From the IMG/VR virus record IMGVR_UViG_2648501751_000004: a stretch of DNA of 64,000 nt. One strand, given 5' to 3'. The stretch comes from an uncultured virus (IMG/VR IMGVR_UViG_2648501751_000004). Its lineage: Duplodnaviria; Heunggongvirae; Uroviricota; Caudoviricetes. The position numbers and the translations under genes were made by a program. Positions 53,941 to 63,928 of this stretch are shown here, in pieces; position 1 is the stretch's first letter, and the number at the start of each line of letters is the position of its first letter. The notes under the pieces were generated by a model. The model was not told where the DNA came from. It made no database searches and saw only the letters and a program-made list of their open reading frames with translations.

Positions 53941-54843
53941 TTAGCTGCTGGGCAGCCAGGAGTTCATCACCAGGGTGGAGGTGTTGGCCCATTCGTTGGT
54001 CTCGCCGCCGGCGGCCAGGGCGTTCTGCAGCACCTTGCGCGCGGGGCCTTCCAGGTTGTTGGGCACCATGGTGTGGCTATGGCGCAACGCCAGCGGGCGG
54101 CCGTAGTCGCCTTTCAGCTCCTGCAGGCGTTTGCGGGCAGCCTCGTAGTTGGCCGCCGTGAAGTCCTGGCGGGACCGCACCACCAACTGCCACAGGCCGG
54201 GGCCTGCGTTCACCCGGGCATCCACGCCGAACAGGAACTTGTCCTTCATGAACACTTCGGAGTCCGTCAGGCTGGTAATCGAGCGGAAGTCATAGTCCCG
54301 GCGGCGCTGGAACACCAGCGGCTTGATCGCGCGGGTCAGGTCCATCACGTACCAGGCCGGGCCAACACCGCCCATGTCGTTGCTCACGGACTGTTCCGCG
54401 CCGTTCTCATCCAGCACCGGGTGGTCGGTGTCGAACAGCGGCTGGCCGTCGTAGCACTCGGGGTTAGCCGTGAGTACTTCCACCGCCAGTTCGTTCGGAT
54501 GCTCGCGGGAGCTGCGGCCGAACTCCTGGAACACCGGCCCATACAGACCGTAGGTGTCGTCCTCGATGCTGTCGCGGGGCACGCCCTCGGTCAGCTCGAA
54601 CTTGCGGTTCTTGATCGAGAAGTCCGCGCCCTCGAGGGAGTGGATAACCCGATCACCTACCCATTCGCGCAAACGCGGCAGGGTTTTGAGGAAGGGGTAC
54701 ACCTCCACGGCGGTGGTGCTGGGCACCACGGTACAGAAGCTCTCGTACAGGGAGCCCTGGTCGCCCAGCGAGGTCATGCCCTGCTGGAAGTTCATTCTGT
54801 AGGCCTGGAACAGCGCCTGCAGGCTTGCGTTGGTCAAATCCAT
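53941..54843 (-). CDS. Major capsid protein (Mu gpT)
   Basis: PRLREWVGDR...YDGQPLFDTDHPV...KPLVFQRR...FGVDAR.NAG. Confidence 0.95.
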   Translation of the reverse strand: MDLTNASLQALFQAYRMNFQQGMTSLGDQGSLYESFCTVVPSTTAVEVYPFLKTLPRLREWVGDRVIHSLEGADFSIKNRKFELTEGVPRDSIEDDTYGLYGPVFQEFGRSSREHPNELAVEVLTANPECYDGQPLFDTDHPVLDENGAEQSVSNDMGGVGPAWYVMDLTRAIKPLVFQRRRDYDFRSITSLTDSEVFMKDKFLFGVDARVNAGPGLWQLVVRSRQDFTAANYEAARKRLQELKGDYGRPLALRHSHTMVPNNLEGPARKVLQNALAAGGETNEWANTSTLVMNSWLPSS

Positions 54844-54865
54844 CGGATGGCTCCTAGGTTATCGG

Positions 54866-55297
54866 TTAGGCGTTCACGCCGTTGGTCGGGTCGATGTTTA
54901 CCCAGACGCCGGTGTCGTCGACGCCATCGACGATGCCTGCCACTGAGCGGGTGGCGGTGGCGTCGGTCTTGGCCACCGTCTGGTTGTCGACGATGTAACA
55001 GAGCTTGCCGATGTCGGCGCGCACAACCTCGTCAGCGCCGGCACTGTTGGCAAAATGAAAGCAACCACGGGAAATGGTCACTTCCTTGTCGCCGTCGGCA
55101 CCGCCTGAGTTATCCACAAACTCGTCGAATCGGCCCAGGGCGGTCAGCCCGGTGGCCGTGATGCCCGGCTCGGCAAAGCCGCCCGCGCCCATTACAGCGA
55201 TCGTGCCGGCGTAGGCAATCACGCCTGCCTTGACGGCGTGGCCCCGGCTGTAACCGGCGCGGGTCGGGGTGTTTCGGTTTTTGGTGGCCGCTACCAT
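54866..55297 (-). CDS. Head decoration-like protein
   Basis: ADIGKLCYIVDNQTVAKT...GVWV; between protease and capsid. Confidence 0.75.
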   Translation of the reverse strand: MVAATKNRNTPTRAGYSRGHAVKAGVIAYAGTIAVMGAGGFAEPGITATGLTALGRFDEFVDNSGGADGDKEVTISRGCFHFANSAGADEVVRADIGKLCYIVDNQTVAKTDATATRSVAGIVDGVDDTGVWVNIDPTNGVNA

Positions 55298-55335
55298 CAG
55301 GGTGTCCTCCCGTTATTCGGTCAGTGGTTCAACGC

Positions 55336-56457
55336 TCAGGCCTGGCTGGCCAGCGTCTCTTTGTAGGTCTTGGGGTCCAGGCCCATGTTCTTGCACACGG
55401 CCAGCTGCTCTTCGGTCAGCTCACCGTCGTTGTTGCCTTCAGGCTGCCGGCCGTTGGTCTGGGTGCCCTTGAGGGCGGCAATACCCGGGGCGTCCTTCAG
55501 GTGTGCCTTGAGCGCGGCCAGGCCCTGGCTCTTCAGCCATTCGGCGTGCGCCTTGCCGGCGATGCGGCCATCCTTGAGGCCTTCCTCCACCAGGTTGTTC
55601 AGCTCCTGCTGGTCACCGCCTTGCTTCAGGGCGGCCAGCTGCTGATTCACTTCGTTGTAAACCGCGCGGGGCACGTACTGGGTCAGGTCTGGTTCAGCGG
55701 CTTTGCCGGCCTTGCTCTTGAGCGCGGCCACGGCCTCGGCCGGCTTTTCGTCATCGCCCAGTTCCAGGGCCTGGCGCACTTCGTCTGCCTGGCTGGCTTT
55801 GGCTTTCAGGGCGGCCAGGTGCTGGTCGATCTGCTCGTCGGTGGCGTCGGCTTTGAGGCCCAGCGCCTTGATCAACTGTTCACGTTTCACGGAGTCTTCC
55901 TCCTCGTGTTCGGCTTCATGGGTTGCCATGCGGGCGGCGGCCAGCTCAGTGATGGCGCCGTCGTCGATGGCAGGCGTGTTGGTGAGTGCGAGATGCAACA
56001 GATCCAGCACCGCGCCAGTGCTGGCGTGGTACGGGAACACAGGGGAGAGGTAGCGGTACTCCCGGGCCTCAATGGCGGCGCGCGCCTTGTCGGTCCAGTC
56101 GATGCGGCCATACAGGCCGTCCTCCCGCCACTCCAGTGAGCGAGGGTCCACCCAACCGGCCGCCGGGGCCGGCTTGCCGTTGACCTCCGACAGCAGAATC
56201 TGGTGCTCGTAGTCGATGGCGATGTCGGTGCTGCGGCTGGACGCCTTGCGGATCACGGCCTGGGCGCCGGCTTCATCCAGCACCCACGGCCCCTGGCCCG
56301 CCATGGAGCCCCGGGGCGCATCAAAGCGGCCGGCAGGGATCAGCCGGGTCTTGTCGTCGGCCAGCCGCACTTCCAGGGCGCACACCGCAATGGGTTGGCG
56401 GGTGGTGGCCTGGCTGCAGGCTGCAAGGGTCTGGGTGTTCACTGCGTGTCGGTTCAT
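55336..56457 (-). CDS. Prohead protease I (Mu gpI); probable in-frame scaffold Z from GTG at 55890
   Basis: IDYEHQ, APAAGW, YRYLSPVF, ALTNTPA; internal GAGGA RBS before VKREQLIKALGL. Confidence 0.92.
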   Translation of the reverse strand: MNRHAVNTQTLAACSQATTRQPIAVCALEVRLADDKTRLIPAGRFDAPRGSMAGQGPWVLDEAGAQAVIRKASSRSTDIAIDYEHQILLSEVNGKPAPAAGWVDPRSLEWREDGLYGRIDWTDKARAAIEAREYRYLSPVFPYHASTGAVLDLLHLALTNTPAIDDGAITELAAARMATHEAEHEEEDSVKREQLIKALGLKADATDEQIDQHLAALKAKASQADEVRQALELGDDEKPAEAVAALKSKAGKAAEPDLTQYVPRAVYNEVNQQLAALKQGGDQQELNNLVEEGLKDGRIAGKAHAEWLKSQGLAALKAHLKDAPGIAALKGTQTNGRQPEGNNDGELTEEQLAVCKNMGLDPKTYKETLASQA

Positions 56458-56676
56458 GGGGCCAGATTGCCGGCCCCGGGGTGGAGTCAGGATATAAAGC
56501 GGTTTGGTAGTTTTTGAGGTGTGGGTGGGCGCTTCGCGCAACCGTGGGTCAGACTGTCGGATCGGATGGCCCGCTGGAGGAAATCTAACGCGGGTCTAAC
56601 GGGCCTTTCGGGGTTTTCTGGTGCCATCGCCCCGGGTGGGCTTTCTGAGTCGCTGTAGCGGCTCTGAGGGCGTTGC

Positions 56677-57126
56677 TTAATTCAAACCCAGGGGGTGGCC
56701 CATGAAATCGAGCAGGGTCTGCACGGCAGCACGCTCATCATCCGGTGACAGGCCCAGCCAGGGGCGGGCCGGAATACCGCGCTCATCGTCACCGAACTGG
56801 TGGGTAGCTGCGTACACCCGATCGCTGCCGTACTCGAGCTGGTCCGCATCGGCCCGGTAGCGCTGAGTGTCTCGCAGATAGGTGTTCAATACCAGGATCT
56901 CATCCTTGCGGCGCTTCTTCCGTTTGCGGTAGGCCTCGCTCAGGGGCTCCCACGGTTCGCCTTCCGGGCTCTCCTGGGCGTCGAACCGGTCGCGGTGGCT
57001 CAGCAGCAGGTCTTCGCCGATGGCCTCGAACGCGGGGCGGGCGTTGCCGCCCCGGTCGGCCAGCGCCTGCAGGGCTCGCTCCAGCCGCTCGGTCTCGATG
57101 CGCCATTGCAGGTTCACCCCGGCCAT
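56677..57126 (-). CDS. Virion morphogenesis protein (Mu gpG)
   Basis: PEGEPWEPLS...YAATHQFG...IPARPWLGLS. Confidence 0.92.
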   Translation of the reverse strand: MAGVNLQWRIETERLERALQALADRGGNARPAFEAIGEDLLLSHRDRFDAQESPEGEPWEPLSEAYRKRKKRRKDEILVLNTYLRDTQRYRADADQLEYGSDRVYAATHQFGDDERGIPARPWLGLSPDDERAAVQTLLDFMGHPLGLN

Positions 57127-58367
57127 CAGTCGTCCTCACCCCGGCGGTACAGCCGCACGCCCTGGCGCAGGCGCTGCAGCTCGGCGTTGTCTTCTCCGGT
57201 GGCGGTGGTACCCGCCCAGCCATCGCGGCCCCACTCAAAGATGGCCACGGCCACGCCCTCATCACCTGGCAGCGCAAAACGGGCCAGGTAACGCCGGCGC
57301 AACACCGCCCGCTGGTCATCGCCGGGCAGCTCGGCCGCCACCCAGATCTCGTCCGGATCGCGCAGCGCCTCGGCCAGCACGCCCAGGTATCGGCGGTCGG
57401 TGCCGGCCGGCAACTGCCAGGCATCGTCAGCGGCCTGGAACAGCGCCTCGCTGATGGGCAGAGGCTCACCAACGGCGTCATCAAAGCGCACGGGTTCACC
57501 ACCACGGCGGGCACCGAACACACCGAGGAATCGGTCCACGGCGGCCGTGTCGCTCTCCGCCTGGTCCGGCAGATCAACGCCAAAGCGGCGGGGCCCGGGC
57601 ATCGGGTCAGTCGCTGGCCGGGGCGGGAATGGCCCGCGTGTGCCGCGTAACGGGCCGTCCAGTTGCGGCGGGGTTACGCTGCGCACCCGATCGGCACCCG
57701 GGCGGTGCTCAAAGCCGGGGTCGATACCCTTCGGTACACGCACGGTGCGTGGGCTGGGGCCATTGGCCCCCACCACTTTCTCCTCCCACTCGATCTCCGG
57801 GCCCTGGTCCAGCACGGTGTAGCCCCGGCGCTCGGCCTCGGCCCGGCTGATCATGTACTTCTTGCAGGTGCAGCCCCAGCCATTCTTCGGGCTCCACACA
57901 CCCCACCAGGGATCGTCCAGCGGCACCACCTTGCCATCGTTGGCCAGGTGTTCCGGGCGGGGGTTCTCGCTGCCGCCGTGGCGGTAGAGCCCGAACGGCC
58001 GCAGGCGGCGCAGCTCCGGGTCCGCCATCTGCGCTTCACGTCCGGCGTTGTAGCTCTGCATCAGGTTGGTTTCGTAGATCACCCGCGTGCGCCAGCCCCG
58101 GGAGCCGTTGTAGCTCCAGCCGTGGCGCTCCACGATCTGGTCGAAGTCCTTGCGGAAGTCCTGCAGGGTGGTGCCGTTCTCGATGGCCTTGAGCACCGAG
58201 CGCTGGAAGTCCTCCACGATGGCCATGCGATTGGCACCAGCGACCATGAAGGCGTGATCGTTCTCGCGGCCGTAGATGTCGGTCCAGGCGCGGGTGGGCA
58301 CGGCCACCTTCTCGCGCAGGTACTCGATCTGTTCCCGGAACGGCAGGTTGCCATAGCGCACGGCCAT
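57126..58367 (-). CDS. Head morphogenesis protein (Mu gpF) with C-terminal extension
   Basis: FMVAGA...RVIYETN...P.NGWGC.C; C-terminal DPDEIW-containing domain. Confidence 0.9.
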   Translation of the reverse strand: MAVRYGNLPFREQIEYLREKVAVPTRAWTDIYGRENDHAFMVAGANRMAIVEDFQRSVLKAIENGTTLQDFRKDFDQIVERHGWSYNGSRGWRTRVIYETNLMQSYNAGREAQMADPELRRLRPFGLYRHGGSENPRPEHLANDGKVVPLDDPWWGVWSPKNGWGCTCKKYMISRAEAERRGYTVLDQGPEIEWEEKVVGANGPSPRTVRVPKGIDPGFEHRPGADRVRSVTPPQLDGPLRGTRGPFPPRPATDPMPGPRRFGVDLPDQAESDTAAVDRFLGVFGARRGGEPVRFDDAVGEPLPISEALFQAADDAWQLPAGTDRRYLGVLAEALRDPDEIWVAAELPGDDQRAVLRRRYLARFALPGDEGVAVAIFEWGRDGWAGTTATGEDNAELQRLRQGVRLYRRGEDD

Positions 58368-59995
58368 CAGCGCACCTCATCCAGCAGGTCGGCACGACCG
58401 GCCAGCTGGGCGGCGGCCAGGGCATCGCCCATCACCTCCGCCAGGTTGCCGATCGGCAGGCTCGCCGACAGCTCCACCAGGCGGTCGCGCAGGTCTTCCA
58501 GACTCTCGGCCTGTTCCACCGCCTGGCGAATGGCTTCCACCTGGGCGGTCTCGGCCTCGGCGGCGGCTTTGGCCAGAGTCTCCAACTGTGCGGCCTGCTC
58601 CTCGCCATCCAGGTTGGGCTCGTCCTGGCGCAGGGCTGCTATCGGTTGCGGGGTGTCGGGTTGGGCCGTCAGTGCCTGGCGCAGCACACTCAGGCCAGGG
58701 GCCTCCGGCTTCTGTTTCGGCTGCAGCACTTCGTCGTCGTCAGCCGCTCGGGGAATGCCGGTGCGCTCATGCAGCCACCAGGTGGGGATGCGCGCACCCA
58801 TGTCGACAAACACCGGCAATGACTCCGACAGCGTCTTGTAGTCCTCGGTCTCGCCCATGTCGAGGTAGAAGCGCGGGGCCCGGTTGACCTTCTCGATGCC
58901 GTAGTTCAGGCAGGCCATCGGCCACAGAATATCCCGGCGAATGGTGCCGGCGTACTGGCGCACGTCGGAACGGATCAGGCTGGCCTGGCCGCGCTCATGA
59001 ACATTACCCAGAGCATTGGTGTTGGTGCCTTCGCCCGTGCCGCTGGTGAGCGTGCCGCCCAGGATGGCCTTGGCCTTGGCGCGCTCGCACCAGTTCATCA
59101 TGGCCACGTACACATCGGCCCGGCCCTGGGCCGCTTCCAGGAAGTCGATGGCCATGCCTTCGGGGATGATGCCGGCAGCGTTCTGGCCCAGGGTGACCAC
59201 CGCCCGCAACAGGGTGGCTTTTTCCTTGTCGGAGGCGTTGCGGGGGTACTTGCCCACCCGCGCCGGCATGCCGTAGATCTCCAGCAGCTGGGCCAGGTCG
59301 CCCAGGGCGTAGTTCTGGAACAGGTACGGCCACACCAGCATGCGGTGCAGGCCGCTGCGGGCGATGTAGCCGGGCTTGGCCTTGTGCCGGTGCTGAACCC
59401 AGCCCAGTGGCCATAGTGGTGCACCGGTCAGGCTCATGTCACGCAGGGTGAGCTGGTTCTGGTCATCCGGGTGCAGGCGGAACCAAGACTGCGGCCGCAG
59501 CTGCGGCTGCTCGATGTAGCGCAGGCTGCCATCACGGCCCCAGGACAACTCCAAATTGGAAAAGCCATGGCCGATGGCGGAGCCCATGTCCAGGATCAGG
59601 TCTTCCACTTCCAGCGAGCTGAAAACCTCGGCGGCGTGCTCGGCGGCCTTACGCTCGGCGCTGCTCGCACCATCCGGCGGCACAATCTGCCACTCCAGTT
59701 CGGCGGCCAGCTGCCGGCGCTTGCCCAGATCCGCACCGATCTGGGGGTCTTTCTCTTCCATGTCCTCGAACAGTTCGTGCTGGGCCTTGGGATCGCCGTG
59801 CTCGGCGGCTTCCAGGATCTCGTACAGCCTGGCCGGGGTCAGCCCCTTGGTGGGGTGCTCCGCAAACTCCCGGCGCAGGATGCCCACGCGGGCCTCCTGG
59901 GTCTGCTGTTCTTCCAGGGCCTTGCCCAGGTCTTCCTTGCCTTCGCCGTCATCGCCAAACAGGCGGCCGGCCAGGCGTTTCAGTCCGTTCACCAT
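58367..59995 (-). CDS. Portal protein (Mu gp29/DUF935)
   Basis: LFEDMEEKD...EIYGMP.RVGKY...KAILGGTLT. Confidence 0.93.
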   Translation of the reverse strand: MVNGLKRLAGRLFGDDGEGKEDLGKALEEQQTQEARVGILRREFAEHPTKGLTPARLYEILEAAEHGDPKAQHELFEDMEEKDPQIGADLGKRRQLAAELEWQIVPPDGASSAERKAAEHAAEVFSSLEVEDLILDMGSAIGHGFSNLELSWGRDGSLRYIEQPQLRPQSWFRLHPDDQNQLTLRDMSLTGAPLWPLGWVQHRHKAKPGYIARSGLHRMLVWPYLFQNYALGDLAQLLEIYGMPARVGKYPRNASDKEKATLLRAVVTLGQNAAGIIPEGMAIDFLEAAQGRADVYVAMMNWCERAKAKAILGGTLTSGTGEGTNTNALGNVHERGQASLIRSDVRQYAGTIRRDILWPMACLNYGIEKVNRAPRFYLDMGETEDYKTLSESLPVFVDMGARIPTWWLHERTGIPRAADDDEVLQPKQKPEAPGLSVLRQALTAQPDTPQPIAALRQDEPNLDGEEQAAQLETLAKAAAEAETAQVEAIRQAVEQAESLEDLRDRLVELSASLPIGNLAEVMGDALAAAQLAGRADLLDEVR

Positions 59996-61533
59996 GCACC
60001 ACCTCCAATGCCAAAGCCGGATAGATTCAAATTGTCCCCGTCGTCATCGTTGTGGCTGCCCGGGCGGGGTGCCGGGGTGAATTCGATTTCCACGCCGTCC
60101 ATATCGGAGGCGCTGTCGGCCAGCACGATGGCCATGGCGGCGTCACCGTGGCGGGTGCCGGCCTTGTTGGTCTTGCCCTCCGGCAGTCGGGCCACACCGC
60201 GCACCAGGGTAAAGGCGCGGTAGTCTTCCAGCAGCTCGTCACTCTTAGGGATGGTAATGCCGCCATCCTCAAACCGGGCCTTGTGCTTGGGCATGCGCTC
60301 GCGGTACCAGTTTTCGGTGGCCATCACCTGGTCCACCAGTGAGCCCCACTCATCCCGGGCGGCCTCGCCCAGGTAACTGCCGTTGCCCCGGCTGTCGATG
60401 GCCACGCCGCACAGCCTGGGCAGGCCGTTGCCAACGGCGAACAGCACCTGTTCCTGCTGCTTGAACGGCACGTTGTGCATCTCCACCAGGAACGGCACCG
60501 TGCGGTGCAGGGTGGAGCCGATCTCCATGGGGGCAATCACCGACAGGTCACCGCTGCGGGCAAAGTCCTGGCCCAGGGCATGGCGGCGCTGCCGGTCCAG
60601 GGTGCGCAGCACGGGCTCCAGGTGCTCGCGGATCCAGTCGCCCATGGCGTCCCGGCGGGCAGGTTCCGGCAGGGCGTTGAACTCGCGGGTACCGTCAAAG
60701 CGCAGCACCGGGGCATCGGCCATGCAGGCCTCCACCTGTACCCGTGTCAGGTAGCTGCCGCCACCCAGGGCCGGAATGCAGAACAGCTCCTCGTCTTCGT
60801 TGGGCTTGTAGCGGTTGATCAGTTGCTGGCGCCACTGCACCTCCGCCTCGCGGGTCCAGGTCTGACCGGTGACCTGGCAGATGCGCCGGTACAGGCCATC
60901 GGCCAGGGCGTTGTCCAGGTCCACACGGTGCAGGCTGTAGTCGTAACGCCCGGCGCGGATGTCGTTGATCAGCGTATTGAACGGGTTGTCCTCGCCGTTG
61001 TGGGTGCTGATGATGCGGATCTGGCCGCCCCAGATGGTCATGGCCATGGCGGCCTTCAGCAGCTCCTCGATGTCGTCGACGAAGGCGGCCTCATCAATCA
61101 CCAGGCGCTCACCGGGCCGGCCCTTGGAGCGCAGGTTGCGCGGGTTGCTGGTGAACGCCTGGATCTGATGGCCGGAATCAAACTTGATAGTGTAGGTGAG
61201 GATCTGTTTGTCATCCGCTTCGATCACGGACTCCTCGATCTGGCTGGCAGCAGCCTGGTATGCCTTGGCCCAGCCGGCGCAGTCCTGGATAAACCCCTGG
61301 GTCATCTCCTTGTTGTAGGAGATGTAATAGACGTTGGCGCCCTCGTCGCTGGCCGCGTACAGAACATCGTCAGCCGCCTCGGCGTAGGACAGGCCGATCC
61401 GGCGGCTTTTCTCAATCACCTTTACAGCGCTGTTATCCGCCACCCACTTCTGCTGGTAACCCAGCAGGATGGCAGCGGTGCTGACCGGCTGGCTCGCGTC
61501 GGCCACAGCCTGGGCGAGGGGCTTCTGGTTCAT
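59989..61533 (-). CDS. Terminase large subunit (Mu gp28)
   Basis: EKSRRIGLS, VIDEAAF, IISTHNG, GQDFAR.GD, HGDAA. Confidence 0.93.
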   Translation of the reverse strand: MNQKPLAQAVADASQPVSTAAILLGYQQKWVADNSAVKVIEKSRRIGLSYAEAADDVLYAASDEGANVYYISYNKEMTQGFIQDCAGWAKAYQAAASQIEESVIEADDKQILTYTIKFDSGHQIQAFTSNPRNLRSKGRPGERLVIDEAAFVDDIEELLKAAMAMTIWGGQIRIISTHNGEDNPFNTLINDIRAGRYDYSLHRVDLDNALADGLYRRICQVTGQTWTREAEVQWRQQLINRYKPNEDEELFCIPALGGGSYLTRVQVEACMADAPVLRFDGTREFNALPEPARRDAMGDWIREHLEPVLRTLDRQRRHALGQDFARSGDLSVIAPMEIGSTLHRTVPFLVEMHNVPFKQQEQVLFAVGNGLPRLCGVAIDSRGNGSYLGEAARDEWGSLVDQVMATENWYRERMPKHKARFEDGGITIPKSDELLEDYRAFTLVRGVARLPEGKTNKAGTRHGDAAMAIVLADSASDMDGVEIEFTPAPRPGSHNDDDGDNLNLSGFGIGGGAW

Positions 61534-62114
61534 GCCATGCCCTCAAGAATGGCCGCACGCAGGGCGGCCACGCCCTCTTTGGACAGGCCCTGGGCCCGGG
61601 CGGCGCTCTCGGCGCTCGCAGCCGCTTCTTCCGCCGCGCGTTCACGTTCCTGTTTGCGGATCTCCGCCTCGCGCTTGACGTTCTCGGAGCTGGCCCGCTC
61701 CAGCCGGGTAACGGACAGGGACAGTTCCTTGACCATCTCAATCACCGCCGGCATGGACTCTTCAGTCAGCTCGCCCTCCTGGAGCTTCAGCGCCAGGTCA
61801 AAGGCCATGGAGCGGAGCATCTCGTTCACCAGGTTGCCGAGCTGGCCCTGAGGCTGTGCACCCAGCTTGGCAATCCACATCTCCGCCACTTCGCGGCTCT
61901 GGCGCAGTTTCTCACCCACCTGGTTCATGCGCACGGCGTAGCGGTTGACGGCGCTCTTGCTCAGGCGCTCTTCGTGCCCTTCCGCCTCCAGGATGTCGTT
62001 GATTCGCGCCGTGGCCTGCAACTGGGTAACGCGGGGGTCGCGCAGCAGCGCTTGCAGCTGCTCGCGCACGTCGTCCGGCAGGCGCTCAACACTGCCCGGT
62101 CTCACTCGGCCCAT
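61530..62114 (-). CDS. Mu gp27/DUF3486 (small terminase-like)
   Basis: SVERLPDDVRE...LSKSAVNRY. Confidence 0.88.
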   Translation of the reverse strand: MGRVRPGSVERLPDDVREQLQALLRDPRVTQLQATARINDILEAEGHEERLSKSAVNRYAVRMNQVGEKLRQSREVAEMWIAKLGAQPQGQLGNLVNEMLRSMAFDLALKLQEGELTEESMPAVIEMVKELSLSVTRLERASSENVKREAEIRKQERERAAEEAAASAESAARAQGLSKEGVAALRAAILEGMA

Positions 62115-62117
62115 GGT

Positions 62118-62414
62118 TCAGCCCTCCAGGCGCGGCCGCGCCACGCCGGGCACGCGGGCACGGCCCAGGGCCACGTCCTCGCCCCGGGCGGTCAGGCGCG
62201 CCACTTGAATGTCTCCGGCCTGTGTCAGCGTCACCAGTCCCTGTTCCTGAAGCCAGGCCAGCTCCGTGCGCAGCGCATCCCGGGACAGCTCATGCCCCAC
62301 ACTGCCCAGAACACCCCGCAATACCGCCTCGTTGTGGCTGTATCCGGGGTCTTCCTCCAGCGCCTGCAGGATTACCAGGCGTTGGTCTGCCGCTGTGTAC
62401 TGGCGGTAATTCAT
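62118..62414 (-). CDS. Mu gp26-like protein
   Basis: RLVILQAL...LAWLQEQGLV...LTARGEDVA.G...PGVARP. Confidence 0.88.
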   Translation of the reverse strand: MNYRQYTAADQRLVILQALEEDPGYSHNEAVLRGVLGSVGHELSRDALRTELAWLQEQGLVTLTQAGDIQVARLTARGEDVALGRARVPGVARPRLEG

Positions 62415-62827
62415 GTGTCACCCCGCTTCTCGTTTAACAGGTACTCATTGATCATGGCCAACTGCCGGTTCATGGCGACCATCTGGCCGCTCATGTTCTC
62501 CATTTGCTCAGCCACCCGGCTCATCCGTTTGTGGGTGATGGCCATGTCGTGGTGCGTGGGTACCACTGTCAGCTGGTGCTCCGCCACGTCCATCCGGCGC
62601 TCCAGGTGGCCAACCCGGCTTTCCAGGTGACCGCGCTTTTCGTCATCATCGTCTTCCTTGTCGTCCATGCGCTGGGTGAGCGCTGCCGAGACCTTCTCGA
62701 TGGCCCGGGCGTTCACCTTGCTGCGTTGGGTGATGTGGGTGTACACGGCCAGCAACACCAGCCCGATCAGCTGCAACAGATCCAGCCCGAGCTTGAGATA
62801 GCCGGGATCAACATCAAACCACCCCAT
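62411..62827 (-). CDS. Mu gp25/DUF2730-like membrane protein
   Basis: N-terminal TM plus coiled coil; position. Confidence 0.7.
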   Translation of the reverse strand: MGWFDVDPGYLKLGLDLLQLIGLVLLAVYTHITQRSKVNARAIEKVSAALTQRMDDKEDDDDEKRGHLESRVGHLERRMDVAEHQLTVVPTHHDMAITHKRMSRVAEQMENMSGQMVAMNRQLAMINEYLLNEKRGDT

Positions 62828-62836
62828 AACGTCCCC

Positions 62837-63091
62837 TTACTGCTGTGGCGTGTGTGTGCTCTGAATGATCGATTCCAGCAGCTCGGCGTAGTCGCGCCGT
62901 TGCCGGTCCCGGTTGACCAGTGCGGTGTAGGTTTCGTCGCTCAGGCACTGGAGCTGTTCGCCGCTGACGCTCGGGAGCTCCGGCCGGGGCGGCACTGGTA
63001 ACGGTGTGGTGACGTACTCAATGGCCGGCGTGGTGCAGCCGGTCAAAAGCACCACGAGAAATAACCACCAGCTCTTTACAAGTGTTCTCAC
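62837..63091 (-). CDS. Lipoprotein, probable o-spanin (Rz1-like)
   Basis: Lipobox LLTGC, Pro-rich. Confidence 0.7.
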   Translation of the reverse strand: MRTLVKSWWLFLVVLLTGCTTPAIEYVTTPLPVPPRPELPSVSGEQLQCLSDETYTALVNRDRQRRDYAELLESIIQSTHTPQQ

Positions 63092-63339
63092 CAGTGGCCC
63101 TCCAGGTCATCGCGTTTCTGCGTGTCCGGCTTTGTACGCTGCTCGCGCTGGCGTTTGCCGGTTCTGGCCATGGCCTGGGTGGCGCTGGCCTGGGCATCGC
63201 TGGCCGCCCGGTTGTGTTCGGCCCGTCGGGTTTCCGCCTGGCGGGTGGCCTTCTCAGCGTCGCCCCGTTTTTTGAAGGCGTAGCCCAGGGCACCCAAAAC
63301 CGCGATGGCGGCACCGATCAGCAGCTCAAGTATTCCCAC
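63088..63339 (-). CDS. Probable i-spanin (Rz-like)
   Basis: GTG after GGAGG; N-terminal TM plus helical tail. Confidence 0.65.
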   Translation of the reverse strand: MGILELLIGAAIAVLGALGYAFKKRGDAEKATRQAETRRAEHNRAASDAQASATQAMARTGKRQREQRTKPDTQKRDDLEGHW

Positions 63340-63562
63340 GGCTGGCCTCCATGCTTTTCTGTTTCCACTCACGCCCCACCCAGATGGCGAGGATCAGCGC
63401 CACAGCGCTGCCATAGACGCCGGCGTCCATTTGGGGCATCTCGCCCAGCGGGCCCAGGGTCATGCCGGCAATCAGGAATTTAACGGTGACCACCAGCCAA
63501 CTGATGGCCACGAAGGGCAGCGTGCGGCTGGGGGTACCTCGGGTGTCGGGCCAGGCAATCAT
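63326..63562 (-). CDS. Putative holin (two TM)
   Basis: Two hydrophobic helices; follows endolysin. Confidence 0.55.
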   Translation of the reverse strand: MIAWPDTRGTPSRTLPFVAISWLVVTVKFLIAGMTLGPLGEMPQMDAGVYGSAVALILAIWVGREWKQKSMEASRGNT

Positions 63563-63571
63563 GGCGTTCTC

Positions 63572-63928
63572 CTATCCGCGCCAACGGGCGGGGCCGTTGG
63601 TGCGGGTGTCGATGTGGGTGAAGGTGTCATAGCGGCCGATGCTGAGATCGGGGTAGGTTTTCTCCAGCCACTGGCTGACCAGTGGCGGATCCACGCCTTC
63701 CACCTGGATGTCAGCGGCACGGCCGCGCAGGTGCTGGCTGTTCGGGCTACCGCCAACATTGGCGTTATGGGATTCACAGCGACAGCCACTGGTGATCGTG
63801 ATCGGTGCGTTGAAGTGCTTGCGCACGTCCTGCACAACCCGCAGCAGCACGGCGTCTACGGTGTCAAAACCACACCCGCATTTGCAGGCAAACTCGGCGC
63901 GCTGGAAGTTCTTGCTGATCTGGCTCAT
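63572..63928 (-). CDS. Endolysin, peptidase M15 family
   Basis: EFACKCGCG...ITSGCRC..HNANVGG..NSQHLRGRAADI...FTHIDTR. Confidence 0.92.
   Translation of the reverse strand: MSQISKNFQRAEFACKCGCGFDTVDAVLLRVVQDVRKHFNAPITITSGCRCESHNANVGGSPNSQHLRGRAADIQVEGVDPPLVSQWLEKTYPDLSIGRYDTFTHIDTRTNGPARWRG

Noticed and set aside
51276..61851. Long + strand ORFs opposite Mu structural genes (e.g. 51276..53066, 53929..55161, 60475..61851)
   Set aside because: Antisense shadows of well-supported minus-strand genes.
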